Source: an uncultured Ignavibacteriota bacterium
GTDB lineage: Bacteria; Bacteroidota; Ignavibacteria; Palsa-1295
DNA: 64,000 nt
Reading direction: 5' to 3'
Assembly: GCA_903900335.1 (NCBI GenBank)
Contig: CAIUMP010000056.1
Span: 157,020-221,019 of the forward strand
Shown here: positions 54,152 to 63,676 of the stretch, piece by piece
Layout: the number at the start of each line of letters is the position of its first letter
Position numbering within the stretch: the stretch's first letter is position 1
Made by a program: the position numbers and the translations under genes
Notes under the pieces: model-generated
What the model was told of the DNA's origin: nothing
Database searches by the model: none
The model's input: the letters and a program-made list of their open reading frames with translations, nothing else

Positions 54152-55786
54152 ATGTCCTACGAGAAATTCCTGAATGAACTGCCCCCCATCGAGGATTGGG
54201 GTGAACGTGTTTATAGCCGCCCAGAACTGCAATACCCTGCGGAGCTAAATGCCGCCGCTGAGTTGCTCGACCGCAATGTTGCCGAGGGTCGTGGTGAGCG
54301 GCCTGCCATTTATTACAAAGATGAGGTACTCACCTATAACGAGCTTCTGAAGCGCGTTAACAAGATGGGTAACGTGCTGTTGCAGCTTGGTATTGTAAAG
54401 GGTGACCGTGTGATGATGCGCTTTCCGAACACGCCGACAGCGGTGGCCGTGTGGCTTGCGTGTCTGAAGATCGGCGGTGTTGCCGTGATGATCATGCCGA
54501 TGCTGCGCAGCCGTGAGATCAGCTACCGCGCCAATGACGCGGAGTGCAAGATCGTGCTCTGTGATGCCGCCTCCATCGATGAGGTGCGAAAGGCGGAGCC
54601 AGCCATGGACTCCGTGGAGAAGATCCTGATCTGCGACGGGACCGACTCCGACTACACCAGCTTTGAATCCCTTTGGCAAACTGCTTCGGATACGTTAGCA
54701 CCGGCCCGTCTTACGCGGTACGATCTCTCGCTCATTGGCTACACCTCCGGCTCAACGGGCGATGCCAAAGGCACGGTGCACTTCCAGGATGATGTGCTCG
54801 CGATCGCCGATGGCTATGCGCGCAATATACTCTCGCCGACGGAGAACGATATTTTTACTGGACATCCATCGCTTGCATTTACATTCGGATTAGGCGGCCT
54901 GCTTGTTTTCCCATTCCGGTTCGGCGCGAGTACGGTGCTGCTCGATCAGTTCACCCCGGAGAATATGTTGAAGACCATCGTGCGATACAAGAGTACGATC
55001 AGCTTCTGCGCGCCGACCTGCTACAACATGATGATGCGCCTTGACGAGAGCGGTGAGTATGACCTATCTCATCTCCGGCTTGGCGTGAGTGCCGGCGAGA
55101 CTCTTCCAAAACAGATCTACGAGAAGTGGAAAGCGAAGTACGGTATTGACATCCTCGACGGCATCGGCTCAACCGAGATGTTGCACATCTTCGTTACGAA
55201 TCGCCCCGGAGATGTCAAGGGTGGTGCCACAGGTAAACCGGTGCCGGGATACGAAGCGAAGATCGTAGATGAATCGGGTAACCTACTGCCGCCAAAGACC
55301 CCCGGATTGCTTGCGATCAAAGGACCCACAGGCTGCCGTTATTGGAAGAAGCCAGAACGCCAAAAGGGCTACGTGATGAATGGCTGGAATGTGCCCGGCG
55401 ATGTCTTCATGATGGATGAAGATGGCTACTTCTACTATCAGTGCCGCAATGATGATCTCATCATCACAGGTGGCTATAATGTCTCGCCGCCGGAGCTTGA
55501 GTCAGTCATCAACGAGCACCCTGCTGTGCGCGAATGTGCGACCGTTCCGAAGCCGGACGATCTGCGCGGCGCGATCGTCAAAGCGTATGTCGTGCTACAA
55601 CCTGGAGAGCAAGGCAGCACCGAACTTGTCAAGGATATTCAAGACTTCGTGAAGCGCGAACTTGCGCCGTATAAGTATCCTCGCGAGATCGAATTCATCG
55701 ATGCTTTGCCACGCACGGATACGGGGAAAGTTCAGCGCTTCGTCCTTCGCGAACGCGCTGAGAAAGAGGTTGCCGTCAACGTGTAA
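54152..55786 (+). CDS. AMP-dependent synthetase/ligase (benzoate/aryl-CoA ligase-like acyl-CoA synthetase)
   Basis: It has the AMP-binding motif YTSGSTGDAKGTVH, the …GYGSTE…-like region (DGIGSTEMLHIF), and the C-terminal …PRTDTGKVQR motif (hinge Lys). Confidence 0.8.
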   Translation: MSYEKFLNELPPIEDWGERVYSRPELQYPAELNAAAELLDRNVAEGRGERPAIYYKDEVLTYNELLKRVNKMGNVLLQLGIVKGDRVMMRFPNTPTAVAVWLACLKIGGVAVMIMPMLRSREISYRANDAECKIVLCDAASIDEVRKAEPAMDSVEKILICDGTDSDYTSFESLWQTASDTLAPARLTRYDLSLIGYTSGSTGDAKGTVHFQDDVLAIADGYARNILSPTENDIFTGHPSLAFTFGLGGLLVFPFRFGASTVLLDQFTPENMLKTIVRYKSTISFCAPTCYNMMMRLDESGEYDLSHLRLGVSAGETLPKQIYEKWKAKYGIDILDGIGSTEMLHIFVTNRPGDVKGGATGKPVPGYEAKIVDESGNLLPPKTPGLLAIKGPTGCRYWKKPERQKGYVMNGWNVPGDVFMMDEDGYFYYQCRNDDLIITGGYNVSPPELESVINEHPAVRECATVPKPDDLRGAIVKAYVVLQPGEQGSTELVKDIQDFVKRELAPYKYPREIEFIDALPRTDTGKVQRFVLRERAEKEVAVNV

Positions 55787-55797
55787 GCATCGCTTTT

Positions 55798-58700
55798 TTA
55801 CTTCCAGAGAATTGCCTTCGCAGTGAGAAGGCCCAAGGGCGTCCGGATACGTAAGTACCGGATGCCTTCTTGCTTCTGGCTACCACGTGCGTCAAACTGT
55901 CCGAGATCGACGGAGAGCGTAATCTTGTGCTGCTCTTCGCCATTTTCCCCAAATGTCAGGGGCATTTCGCCAAGATGCGTCCCAAGTACATCGTATACCT
56001 CAAGCATGGCGCTGTTGGGATAGCCACTTGGGACGTCGAATTCCAGGTTGGCAACGCCCGTGGTTGGATTGGGCGAGATGCGGTCGAGGATGAGCCGCCC
56101 AGCTCCTAAGTAAGCTGCGAGCGTAGAATCCGAACAACGCCTATCAAGAGAGAAGCTGGCAGTGCTGTCCGATATTGTCTGCGTAGTAAAACATTGCGAG
56201 TTGTTCTGGCTGTTGTCAAAGCTGGTACGGCCCAGCACAATGGAAGTTGAAAGTTGGGACGCCACATAGGCCTCGCATTCGATTTCGCAGAGTTCGCCCT
56301 TAGCCAGTGCAATGTCCGAGGGATAGGAAAGATGAACCGTAAGGCTGTCCTGCATCAGTGTGAATGTGGGAGCAGCATTGCCAAAAGAGCCTTGTCCACC
56401 CACGATCTTGAGAGGCGTCAACAGATCGGTATTCAATCGCACACCAAATTCGAAGCTGTTGACATTGACCACGCTGCCCGTCAGAGCGTTGATCGGGATT
56501 CTCACGTGACCAAGTGGCAATGCGGTGAAGTGCGCAGTTGTCACTGCTACTTTGATAGGCGGTACACCGATGCCGGTTGCCAAGATTGCGATCGTAGTGT
56601 CGAAGGTTGTTCCATTGGCTTTGCGGATCGTCAGTGTCACATTCGCATTTCGCGCCAGAGAGTCCTGCGGACTGAACAGCCCGGTAACTTTATGCTTCTC
56701 ACCCACATGTAACCAAAAACCGATAGGTGTGTCAAGGGAGAAGTCCTGCGAAGAGACGCCGCCGAGCACGAAGCCCATCACACGGATCGAGTCACAGGTC
56801 GTGTTCGAGATCTCAAAGGAGAACGGGACGGTCTGGCAGGTATAAGTACTGATATTCGGCGAGACCGCAAGCGAGATGTTGCCTGGGTCGCTTGTCACAT
56901 TGACTTTGCAGGCAACCGTCTTTGTCCCCGCACTCGTATTGAGAACGAGATTCGTTGTTTGTACACCAGTGGTGCTCCCTGGTTGGAAGCGGAGGATCAC
57001 CGTGTCCGAGGTGCCTTTCGCGATCACACTCGCTGGACGGCGAATAATGGAAAAGCCGTTCGATGCATCGAGCGTGCTTGAAACGGTAACGTCGCCGCAG
57101 CCTGTACCTCTTAGGACAAGTGTGTCCTGCGCAGAAGCGCAGATCGAGACCGATCCGAGATCGAGCGTGGTCATTGAAAGTGCGACATCCGGCTTACCGC
57201 TGGTACCTGTCGCAACAATAGTGATCGTCGTGTCGTAAGACTTCGTCGAGCCCTCGTATCCAACACTTATGTGCACCTGGTCTAACACTGTTACCTGGCT
57301 CGTCGGCACGAACATCAACGGAATGTCGGTGCTTTCGCCTTGGCGCAGTGAGTCGATTGCCGGCAACACCCCGACGCGTAGCGGAGTGTTTGTGGTGACG
57401 GAGAGGATCTTGAACGGTGTGCAAGCGGTGTTGCGGAGATGGATGGAGAACGCAGCAGAATCGCACAGCGATGAGAAGACAGAATCATACTGGATGGAGA
57501 GCGTCTGGTTAGGAGCATAGCCAGCGCCGCCGAGCAGCACCTGATCCGATCCGCTAGAATGCTTGACGATCAGCGAGCCCGATTCCACCTTTGTTGCGGA
57601 TGGCTGATAGTGCAGCAGGAATGTCCGCGATGTACCCGCGCTCAGTGTGAAGGGCTTGAAGCTCGATAGGAGCGAGAATCCAGAGCCGTTGGTCTGCATG
57701 GACTCAATGGAAAGGTCGCTGCATCCCGTATTCATCAGCGTTACCTTGTGATCAGCGTCTGCGCAGAGGCTCACCGCACCAAAGTCGATAGAATCCGTAA
57801 CCGTAGTGCCGGAGAATATAAGCGGATCGATCTTGGGATTGGTACCATTGAGCAGGATGCTGATGAGCGTGTCTTCAAGGTAACCGTCTGGCTGTCGAAG
57901 CGTGAGCTTCACATGAACCGTCCAGCTCTCTTGCCGCGTTGGCTTGTAAAGTATCCGCAGGGTATCCAAACGCGATGAGGAAAACGTCAGGGCGTTGTTC
58001 GCATAGGCTGGGAAGCTGAGTTCGTGACCGGTGTCGTTCAAGAACTGGACGCGCACGACTTGCGAATAGTCGCAAGCTGTATATCCCAGTAGGATAGGGA
58101 TATAGGCGCTGTCACACACCGAAACGGCATAGCATCCGTTCGAGGTGTTTGCATTAAGCTGTGTCAGTGAAACATTGCCGATAGTTGAAGGCGAGAGTGT
58201 TCCGTCGCCTCCGTTCGTCGTTCTCCACACACCGCCAGTGGGGTCACCTGCGAAGACAGCGGCACCGCGGCCGGTTACACCAAAACGTGTGTCGTTGGCA
58301 TTCATTGGTCCGCTAACGGCAACCCAACTGGTGCCGCCATCGGTCGTGCGCAGTAGGCCGTGTGGTCCGTTCGTCGCAGCTGACCAACCCTGAATGTACA
58401 CCACCGATTTACACGCGTGCGCACCGTTGACGCCGCCTGTGAGACCGGAGTCTTGAAACGTCTTCATCGGCGTCTCGGTCGGGTTAACGATCGGCGTTTT
58501 GAACACCGCAGTCTCAATGGCGTTGCCGAGATGCCAGTGCTCACTTGAAATGAAGAATGACTTAAGAACAGGGTCGGCAAAGACGGACCACGTCTCCGCA
58601 TTCTCGACAAGCGGATTCCACGTCTTGCCGCTGTCGGTCGTCATCAGGTGGAGGCCATCAGCATTGCCAAGCGTCGAGGCCATACCTGTCGCATCATCAA

Positions 58701-59250
58701 TGAAATCAATACCGAGCGGTGCCGCGGTGTTGCCTACGGTTTTCCAGGTGACTCCTTGATCGCTGGAAAATGCGATGTGGCCAGACCCCGCTGTGCCGCC
58801 AGTGCGATCTGTGTAAAACACGCCACGCTTTGTCTCTCGAATGCCAGCCGCAAACGCGGCGGGCACAACGAAGCGCCATGTAACGCCGCCGTCTGTGCTG
58901 TGGTAGACGCCACCAAAGCCCTTGGTGTAGCTCTCCGCGATCGTCGCCCATCCATGCAAGCGATCGCGAAAGTAGATGTCGGTGACCTGTCCGATAATGT
59001 TGGGATTTGGCAATGTTGCCAGCAGCCATGTTGCACCGCCATCGTTCGTATAATAGATAGCGGCGATCGTGTTGCTCTTGAAATAGGAAGAGCCCGTGCC
59101 GATCAAACCCTCCGTCGCATTAAAGAAGAAAGCACTTGACGCATACGTATTCTGGAGCTGCAATACCCGTGTCCACTGCGACCGACTATCCGCGTGAAGC
59201 ATCAACAGCATACTTATCGCGACGACAAAACTGACAGCGAACTTCTTCAT
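55798..59250 (-). CDS. 1150-aa secreted protein: N-terminal BNR/Asp-box beta-propeller, multiple Ig-like beta-sandwich repeats, C-terminal T9SS sorting domain
   Basis: It has a signal peptide (MKKFAVSFVVAISMLLMLHA). BNR motifs are present (DGGATWLL, DGGVTWRF, DQGVTWKT, DSGKTWNP, DGGTSWVA). Cys-containing ~100-aa repeats follow (…TGCSDLSIES…, …TGCGDVTVSS…). The C-terminus …ISPNPTTGVANLEFDV…LEVYDVLGTHL…LTAKAILWK is a T9SS C-terminal domain. Confidence 0.7.
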   Translation of the reverse strand: MKKFAVSFVVAISMLLMLHADSRSQWTRVLQLQNTYASSAFFFNATEGLIGTGSSYFKSNTIAAIYYTNDGGATWLLATLPNPNIIGQVTDIYFRDRLHGWATIAESYTKGFGGVYHSTDGGVTWRFVVPAAFAAGIRETKRGVFYTDRTGGTAGSGHIAFSSDQGVTWKTVGNTAAPLGIDFIDDATGMASTLGNADGLHLMTTDSGKTWNPLVENAETWSVFADPVLKSFFISSEHWHLGNAIETAVFKTPIVNPTETPMKTFQDSGLTGGVNGAHACKSVVYIQGWSAATNGPHGLLRTTDGGTSWVAVSGPMNANDTRFGVTGRGAAVFAGDPTGGVWRTTNGGDGTLSPSTIGNVSLTQLNANTSNGCYAVSVCDSAYIPILLGYTACDYSQVVRVQFLNDTGHELSFPAYANNALTFSSSRLDTLRILYKPTRQESWTVHVKLTLRQPDGYLEDTLISILLNGTNPKIDPLIFSGTTVTDSIDFGAVSLCADADHKVTLMNTGCSDLSIESMQTNGSGFSLLSSFKPFTLSAGTSRTFLLHYQPSATKVESGSLIVKHSSGSDQVLLGGAGYAPNQTLSIQYDSVFSSLCDSAAFSIHLRNTACTPFKILSVTTNTPLRVGVLPAIDSLRQGESTDIPLMFVPTSQVTVLDQVHISVGYEGSTKSYDTTITIVATGTSGKPDVALSMTTLDLGSVSICASAQDTLVLRGTGCGDVTVSSTLDASNGFSIIRRPASVIAKGTSDTVILRFQPGSTTGVQTTNLVLNTSAGTKTVACKVNVTSDPGNISLAVSPNISTYTCQTVPFSFEISNTTCDSIRVMGFVLGGVSSQDFSLDTPIGFWLHVGEKHKVTGLFSPQDSLARNANVTLTIRKANGTTFDTTIAILATGIGVPPIKVAVTTAHFTALPLGHVRIPINALTGSVVNVNSFEFGVRLNTDLLTPLKIVGGQGSFGNAAPTFTLMQDSLTVHLSYPSDIALAKGELCEIECEAYVASQLSTSIVLGRTSFDNSQNNSQCFTTQTISDSTASFSLDRRCSDSTLAAYLGAGRLILDRISPNPTTGVANLEFDVPSGYPNSAMLEVYDVLGTHLGEMPLTFGENGEEQHKITLSVDLGQFDARGSQKQEGIRYLRIRTPLGLLTAKAILWK

Positions 59251-61116
59251 TTAGTGTTGTATCAGAACTCGAGTAATGCGTGACTGACCAATGCGTGCGG
59301 TATACATACCATTCGGAAGGCCCGTAACATCGAAGTGATCTTCCCCAATGGTCTGGTCCGCATGTAGGACGCTTCTTCCTAAAATGTCAACGAGATCAAA
59401 AGAGGCTGGAGAGATTGTATTTCGCAAAAATAGCATACTCGAAGCCGGATTCGGATAGAGTAGCTCATGCTCTGCTTCTGGGTTCGCCGGGACACTATTG
59501 ACTTCCTTCACGCCTGCACCATCGATCTCGATAAACCTGTGACCCGCGTTTGTACCAATTTCTATAGATTCAATGATATCACCAACGAGATGCGGCATGA
59601 ACGTTAGGCGGATCTTGATCCCACTATCCCGCTTCACCACGGCGGGAAGCGGAGGCGATGAAGCAAGAATCAGCGCTGGATTGCTTGTCAGTACCGAATC
59701 CACGCGAAGCGGTGAGCAGCCACTGTTTGTGAGCGTAAGTGTCAGCGTCTTTGCTGAATCGACATGGACCTTGCCGAAGTCCACGGAGTTAGCGACTTCT
59801 AAGAATGGCGGAAGCGTTGTCACCATTGCGATCATAGCAATATCGTGGTGCTCCCGAACGCCCCACTCCAATGAGTGAAACCACACACGCAAGACCGAGG
59901 AATCCAGTCCAGCAACAAGCGGTGTATAGGTGAGCGGGAGAGAAACACTACTGCCGGTCAGAATTGGCGCGGTGAATTTCGTGGCGATCTTGCCAGCCGA
60001 ATGAATTACACTGATCGAGTCTATTCGAATGGCTGTGCAAAAGGAAGAGGTAATGTGCACAGCAAATGCTTGCGCTGAAGCGGAACACAACGTGTCGGAC
60101 ACAGAATCGGCGGACATATCGAGCGCCAGCTTCACGGAATCAGTGAGGAGTCCGTTGAGGCCGTCTCGGCTGACGGAACAGGTACCGTTGATGTCCCACC
60201 AGTACGCAAGTGATCCCCGATCGAAAGCCCAGCCTTTTTGGATCGTCCCAGCACCGAAGGGAAATTGCTCACAATCCTCGAAACGTTGAGCTTGAGATTG
60301 GCTCCGAAGCACAGATGTGCCATGACTATAGCCATTGGATATGTACAGAGTACCCGTGCAATCGTGTGCTCCGAAGACTTGGCCATCTAACTCGTGAAAG
60401 GAGGTCAACTCCGGCGGCGCGTACACGACAGTCCACGTCCTGCCACTATCCGTGGACATTCGGAGTTCGTCTCCGCCAGTATAGACAATGTGATGCACAC
60501 GATCAGCAAATACGCTTGCCGCACCAACGAGCCCGTTCTTGCCGAGCGTCCAGACGGTCCCGCCATCGAAGGAGCAATAGACTCCTGTTCGTGTGACCGC
60601 AAAGAGCACTTCGTTTGTGAAGTAGTCCATTGCCACAACGGCATCGCTTACGGGGATGCCCGTGGCAGCAGTAAACACGGAGCCATCGATCGTCCAGGAG
60701 AACTGAGGTGAGGCCGTCGAAGACAAAAACACTCGTGATGGCGATGCTCCGACGAGCGTTTGGTCGGTGCGCACCGAAGTGTTCACCCAATTCGTCCAAT
60801 TCTTGTCACCATGATAGAGCCCTTTGTTATTGACCGTAGCCCAGGCAATATTGGAATCTTGAATGACGATTCCGCTGATGACATCAGGTGCCGCCCAGAT
60901 GCCTGCAAAAGAGGAATCATTGATCCGCATCAGTGCATGGGTCGGATCAGCAAAGGCGATCAGCCCTAAGTGTGCGTTATAGAAATCGATGGCAGCTACG
61001 CTGCGGTTATCTAGGCGATTCCATGTCGCATTGGTCTGCGTGGGTGCGCAGAAAAGGAGAAGTACGAGGAAGAGTGTTGTGGGACGCATTGCCGTTCTGA
61101 ACGCCGGGAGTGCCAT
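59251..61116 (-). CDS. secreted BNR-like protein with a T9SS C-terminal sorting domain
   Basis: From the ATG at 61116 the product is MALPAFRTAMRPTTLFLVLLLFCAPTQTNA…. The C-terminus …LLYPNPASSMLFL…FDLVDILGRSV…LPNGMYTARIGQSRITRVLIQH is a T9SS C-terminal domain. Its stop abuts the start of the downstream 1150-aa gene. Confidence 0.65.
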   Translation of the reverse strand: MALPAFRTAMRPTTLFLVLLLFCAPTQTNATWNRLDNRSVAAIDFYNAHLGLIAFADPTHALMRINDSSFAGIWAAPDVISGIVIQDSNIAWATVNNKGLYHGDKNWTNWVNTSVRTDQTLVGASPSRVFLSSTASPQFSWTIDGSVFTAATGIPVSDAVVAMDYFTNEVLFAVTRTGVYCSFDGGTVWTLGKNGLVGAASVFADRVHHIVYTGGDELRMSTDSGRTWTVVYAPPELTSFHELDGQVFGAHDCTGTLYISNGYSHGTSVLRSQSQAQRFEDCEQFPFGAGTIQKGWAFDRGSLAYWWDINGTCSVSRDGLNGLLTDSVKLALDMSADSVSDTLCSASAQAFAVHITSSFCTAIRIDSISVIHSAGKIATKFTAPILTGSSVSLPLTYTPLVAGLDSSVLRVWFHSLEWGVREHHDIAMIAMVTTLPPFLEVANSVDFGKVHVDSAKTLTLTLTNSGCSPLRVDSVLTSNPALILASSPPLPAVVKRDSGIKIRLTFMPHLVGDIIESIEIGTNAGHRFIEIDGAGVKEVNSVPANPEAEHELLYPNPASSMLFLRNTISPASFDLVDILGRSVLHADQTIGEDHFDVTGLPNGMYTARIGQSRITRVLIQH

Positions 61117-61501
61117 GGACAGTTCACGGTAGCATCTTGGCCGTTTACGTCGGGAGTTCGTTCGCGACTCGCTGGCGTAGGCGCACTTTGCGTGAGCAAA
61201 CAACCAGCGCCTTTCATACGGCACACCAAAATAGTCTGAGACTTCTCTTGCAATGGCGTGAGAGATTGATTATATTTGTGCATCTAGTTTGCTTCGGATG
61301 AGACCCAACATTTGCGATCTTATCCGTTCGGTACACTGCTCGGTACCTGTCATCTGCTCTATTTGATGATGCCCCCACGCATCACTCTTCGCCTTGTTAT
61401 GAGGCGTTGCTGTGATACACACCCTGCCGGTGTATTGATTTTGCCACCTCTGCTATCGGAGCACTTGACCGTGCACGCGCGCAGATATTGCCATCACAAC
61501 A

Positions 61502-63616
61502 ATGAAAAAGCTCAACGTTTGCCTCTTCGCAGCGTACATCGCGTTGTTCCCGATACATTCTGTTCTTTGCCAAACTTCGCAGCACGATCTCTCGGTCGCG
61601 AAACCATATCAAATTAGTTATCAGGGGCTCTTACACCTTGGGGTTGGGAATGCCCCCGATGGCCCACAGGTCATTACTGTGCGCTTATACGCAGATGCTG
61701 GCGGTAAGCAGTTGGTGTGGGAAGATGATTTCAACACGACGCTTCAAAACGGAGTATTCAATCTTTCGCTTGGCTCCGGGCGACCACTTCCTGAAGCATC
61801 GAAACTTACCTCCCCACTATGGCTTGCTACTTCGGTTGCCAATGGTGAAGAGCTACGACCGCTGACGCAGCTTTCTGCTTCGCCCTATGCGCTTAGCGTT
61901 GCGGATGGCTCGATCACATCGGCGAAGATGGGGACGGATTTTGTTGGCTCCATTTCCATCAATGGTCAGCGTGTTGGAGGACGGGGTACGGATGTAAACT
62001 TCGTTGCGGGCAGCGGGCTGACACTCGCGTTCGATCCCGGAAGCAATGCCGTGATGCTCGGAAGCGCAGCACCCGCATCGAACGGCAAGGGGGCCAGCGC
62101 CCAGGATGGTGACGACGACATTAATATGCACGGTCACAAGATCGTGGATGCATCTGTCATCCAGATCGGGGATCCCTCAGCGACGACGGGTTCGCTTCGG
62201 CTGTACAACAGCGCGAATAGCCACTACGCCACACTTCAAGCCGCTTCTCAAAGCAGCAACCGCACCTACACCATCCCGGATGTTGGGGCGAACTCTGCAT
62301 TCGTGATGCTAGCCGGCGCGCAGACCATCACTGGTGCCAAGACCTTTTCTGCGGGTGCAGCAATGGGTAATCCGTTGGATATGTCCGGCAACCAGATTAA
62401 TAACCTTGCAACACCAACTGCATCCACGGATGCAGCAACAAAAGGGTATGTCGATAATCTCGGCTCGAATGTCTCCCCAGCGATAGCAAACGAAATTGCG
62501 AATCGTCAGGCCGCAGTCTCCGCAGAAGCTGCTGCACGAGCTGCCGGTGATGCGACCTTAACCGCAAACCTTACCGGTGAGGTATCTCGCGCAGAGGCAG
62601 CGGAGGGTGCCCTAAGTGCGAACATTAACACGGAAAATTCAAACCTTCAGGCAGCTATTGCTGCTGAAGCTGCTTCGCGCGCCACAGCGGATAATACATT
62701 AACGACCAGCATAAACAATGAAACTGCCAGCCGGCAAGCTGCCGTCACGGGAGAAGCCGCCTCACGCGCCGCTGCCGACAATACGTTGACGACAAACCTC
62801 AACAATGAGATCGCTAACCGCCAAGCGGCCATAACAGCAGAGGCCAACACACGAGGCGCTGCCATTAATGCGTTAAGTGCAGGGCTCAATAATGAAGTTA
62901 CTCGCGCTACGGCAGCAGAGAGTGATCTTCAAGCACAGATCAGCACGAGCGCATCACCAACGTTCGCTGGGCTGACGTTGAACGGCTCGCCGTTTATCAA
63001 TTATGGCAACTTTTATCAAGCTGCGCCATCCTTCTTTTACAGCGATGTGACAGTCTATGCGGGAGAGTCTATCGGTGGTACGCTTGACATGAATTTCAAT
63101 CCGATAGTGGATGTCCCGGATCCCACGAACGCATCGGATGCCGTAGACAAGAATTATGTAGATGTGTTGTTTGGCCAACTGAGTAGCTCGCTCACGACGG
63201 TCAACAACGTGACGGTTGACTACAGTGGCAATCCTAGCGGGACGTATTCGGGTCACACGGTTACGGTCAGCGGATCGACCGCAAACGTGGTTGATCTTGT
63301 CGGTTACAACTCGTTCGTCTCTGGATCCGATGATCAGAACATCGGCATAAAGGCGACGGGTGAAGGTTCAGGCGGTGGAAACTCGATTGGCGGTGACTTC
63401 ACTGGTCATAATACATCCGGCGGTGGCTATGCAATCGGCGGACGCTTTGCTGCAACAGGTGCAACGAACAACATCGCCGTGCAAGCGACCAGCGGTGCGA
63501 TACAAGTGCAGACCGCCGGTGAGGGTATCATTCTCAAATCACCGAACGGGACATGCTATAAGCTGACCGTGGCAAACAACGGTACGCTGACGACGACCGC
63601 CGTTGCCTGCCCATAA
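61502..63616 (+). CDS. secreted phage-tail-fibre-like protein with ~29-residue Ala/Asn/Thr-rich tandem repeats
   Basis: It has a signal peptide (MKKLNVCLFAAYIALFPIHSVLCQ). Two '…N.I.N/D...P...(T/S)DA..K.YVD' motifs (…GNQINNLATPTASTDAATKGYVDN… and …FNPIVDVPDPTNASDAVDKNYVDV…) resemble the conserved motif of phage tail fibres. A central repeat block starts with NNE(I/T)A(N/S)RQAA(V/I)(T/S)(A/G)EA(A/N)(S/T)RAAADNTLTT(N/S)(L/I). Confidence 0.6.
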   Translation: MKKLNVCLFAAYIALFPIHSVLCQTSQHDLSVAKPYQISYQGLLHLGVGNAPDGPQVITVRLYADAGGKQLVWEDDFNTTLQNGVFNLSLGSGRPLPEASKLTSPLWLATSVANGEELRPLTQLSASPYALSVADGSITSAKMGTDFVGSISINGQRVGGRGTDVNFVAGSGLTLAFDPGSNAVMLGSAAPASNGKGASAQDGDDDINMHGHKIVDASVIQIGDPSATTGSLRLYNSANSHYATLQAASQSSNRTYTIPDVGANSAFVMLAGAQTITGAKTFSAGAAMGNPLDMSGNQINNLATPTASTDAATKGYVDNLGSNVSPAIANEIANRQAAVSAEAAARAAGDATLTANLTGEVSRAEAAEGALSANINTENSNLQAAIAAEAASRATADNTLTTSINNETASRQAAVTGEAASRAAADNTLTTNLNNEIANRQAAITAEANTRGAAINALSAGLNNEVTRATAAESDLQAQISTSASPTFAGLTLNGSPFINYGNFYQAAPSFFYSDVTVYAGESIGGTLDMNFNPIVDVPDPTNASDAVDKNYVDVLFGQLSSSLTTVNNVTVDYSGNPSGTYSGHTVTVSGSTANVVDLVGYNSFVSGSDDQNIGIKATGEGSGGGNSIGGDFTGHNTSGGGYAIGGRFAATGATNNIAVQATSGAIQVQTAGEGIILKSPNGTCYKLTVANNGTLTTTAVACP
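62485..62945 (+). repeat. in-frame tandem repeats (~87-nt / 29-aa unit, ~5 copies) inside the tail-fibre-like gene
   Basis: The copies are ANEIANRQAAVSAEAAARAAGDATLTANL / NTENSNLQAAIAAEAASRATADNTLTTSI / NNETASRQAAVTGEAASRAAADNTLTTNL / NNEIANRQAAITAEANTRGAAINALSAGL / NNEVTRATAAESDLQAQIS. Confidence 0.6.
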
Positions 63617-63676
63617 TAGAACCTCCATAGCACATTGCAACCGCACTTGTGGTTGCAGTGTGCGGTGGATCCTACC

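Noticed and set aside
62647-62889. 80-aa minus-strand ORF (MSPALNALMAAPRVLASAV…)
   Set aside because: It is antisense to the Ala-rich 29-aa tandem-repeat block of the tail-fibre-like gene and is a repeat-induced artefact.
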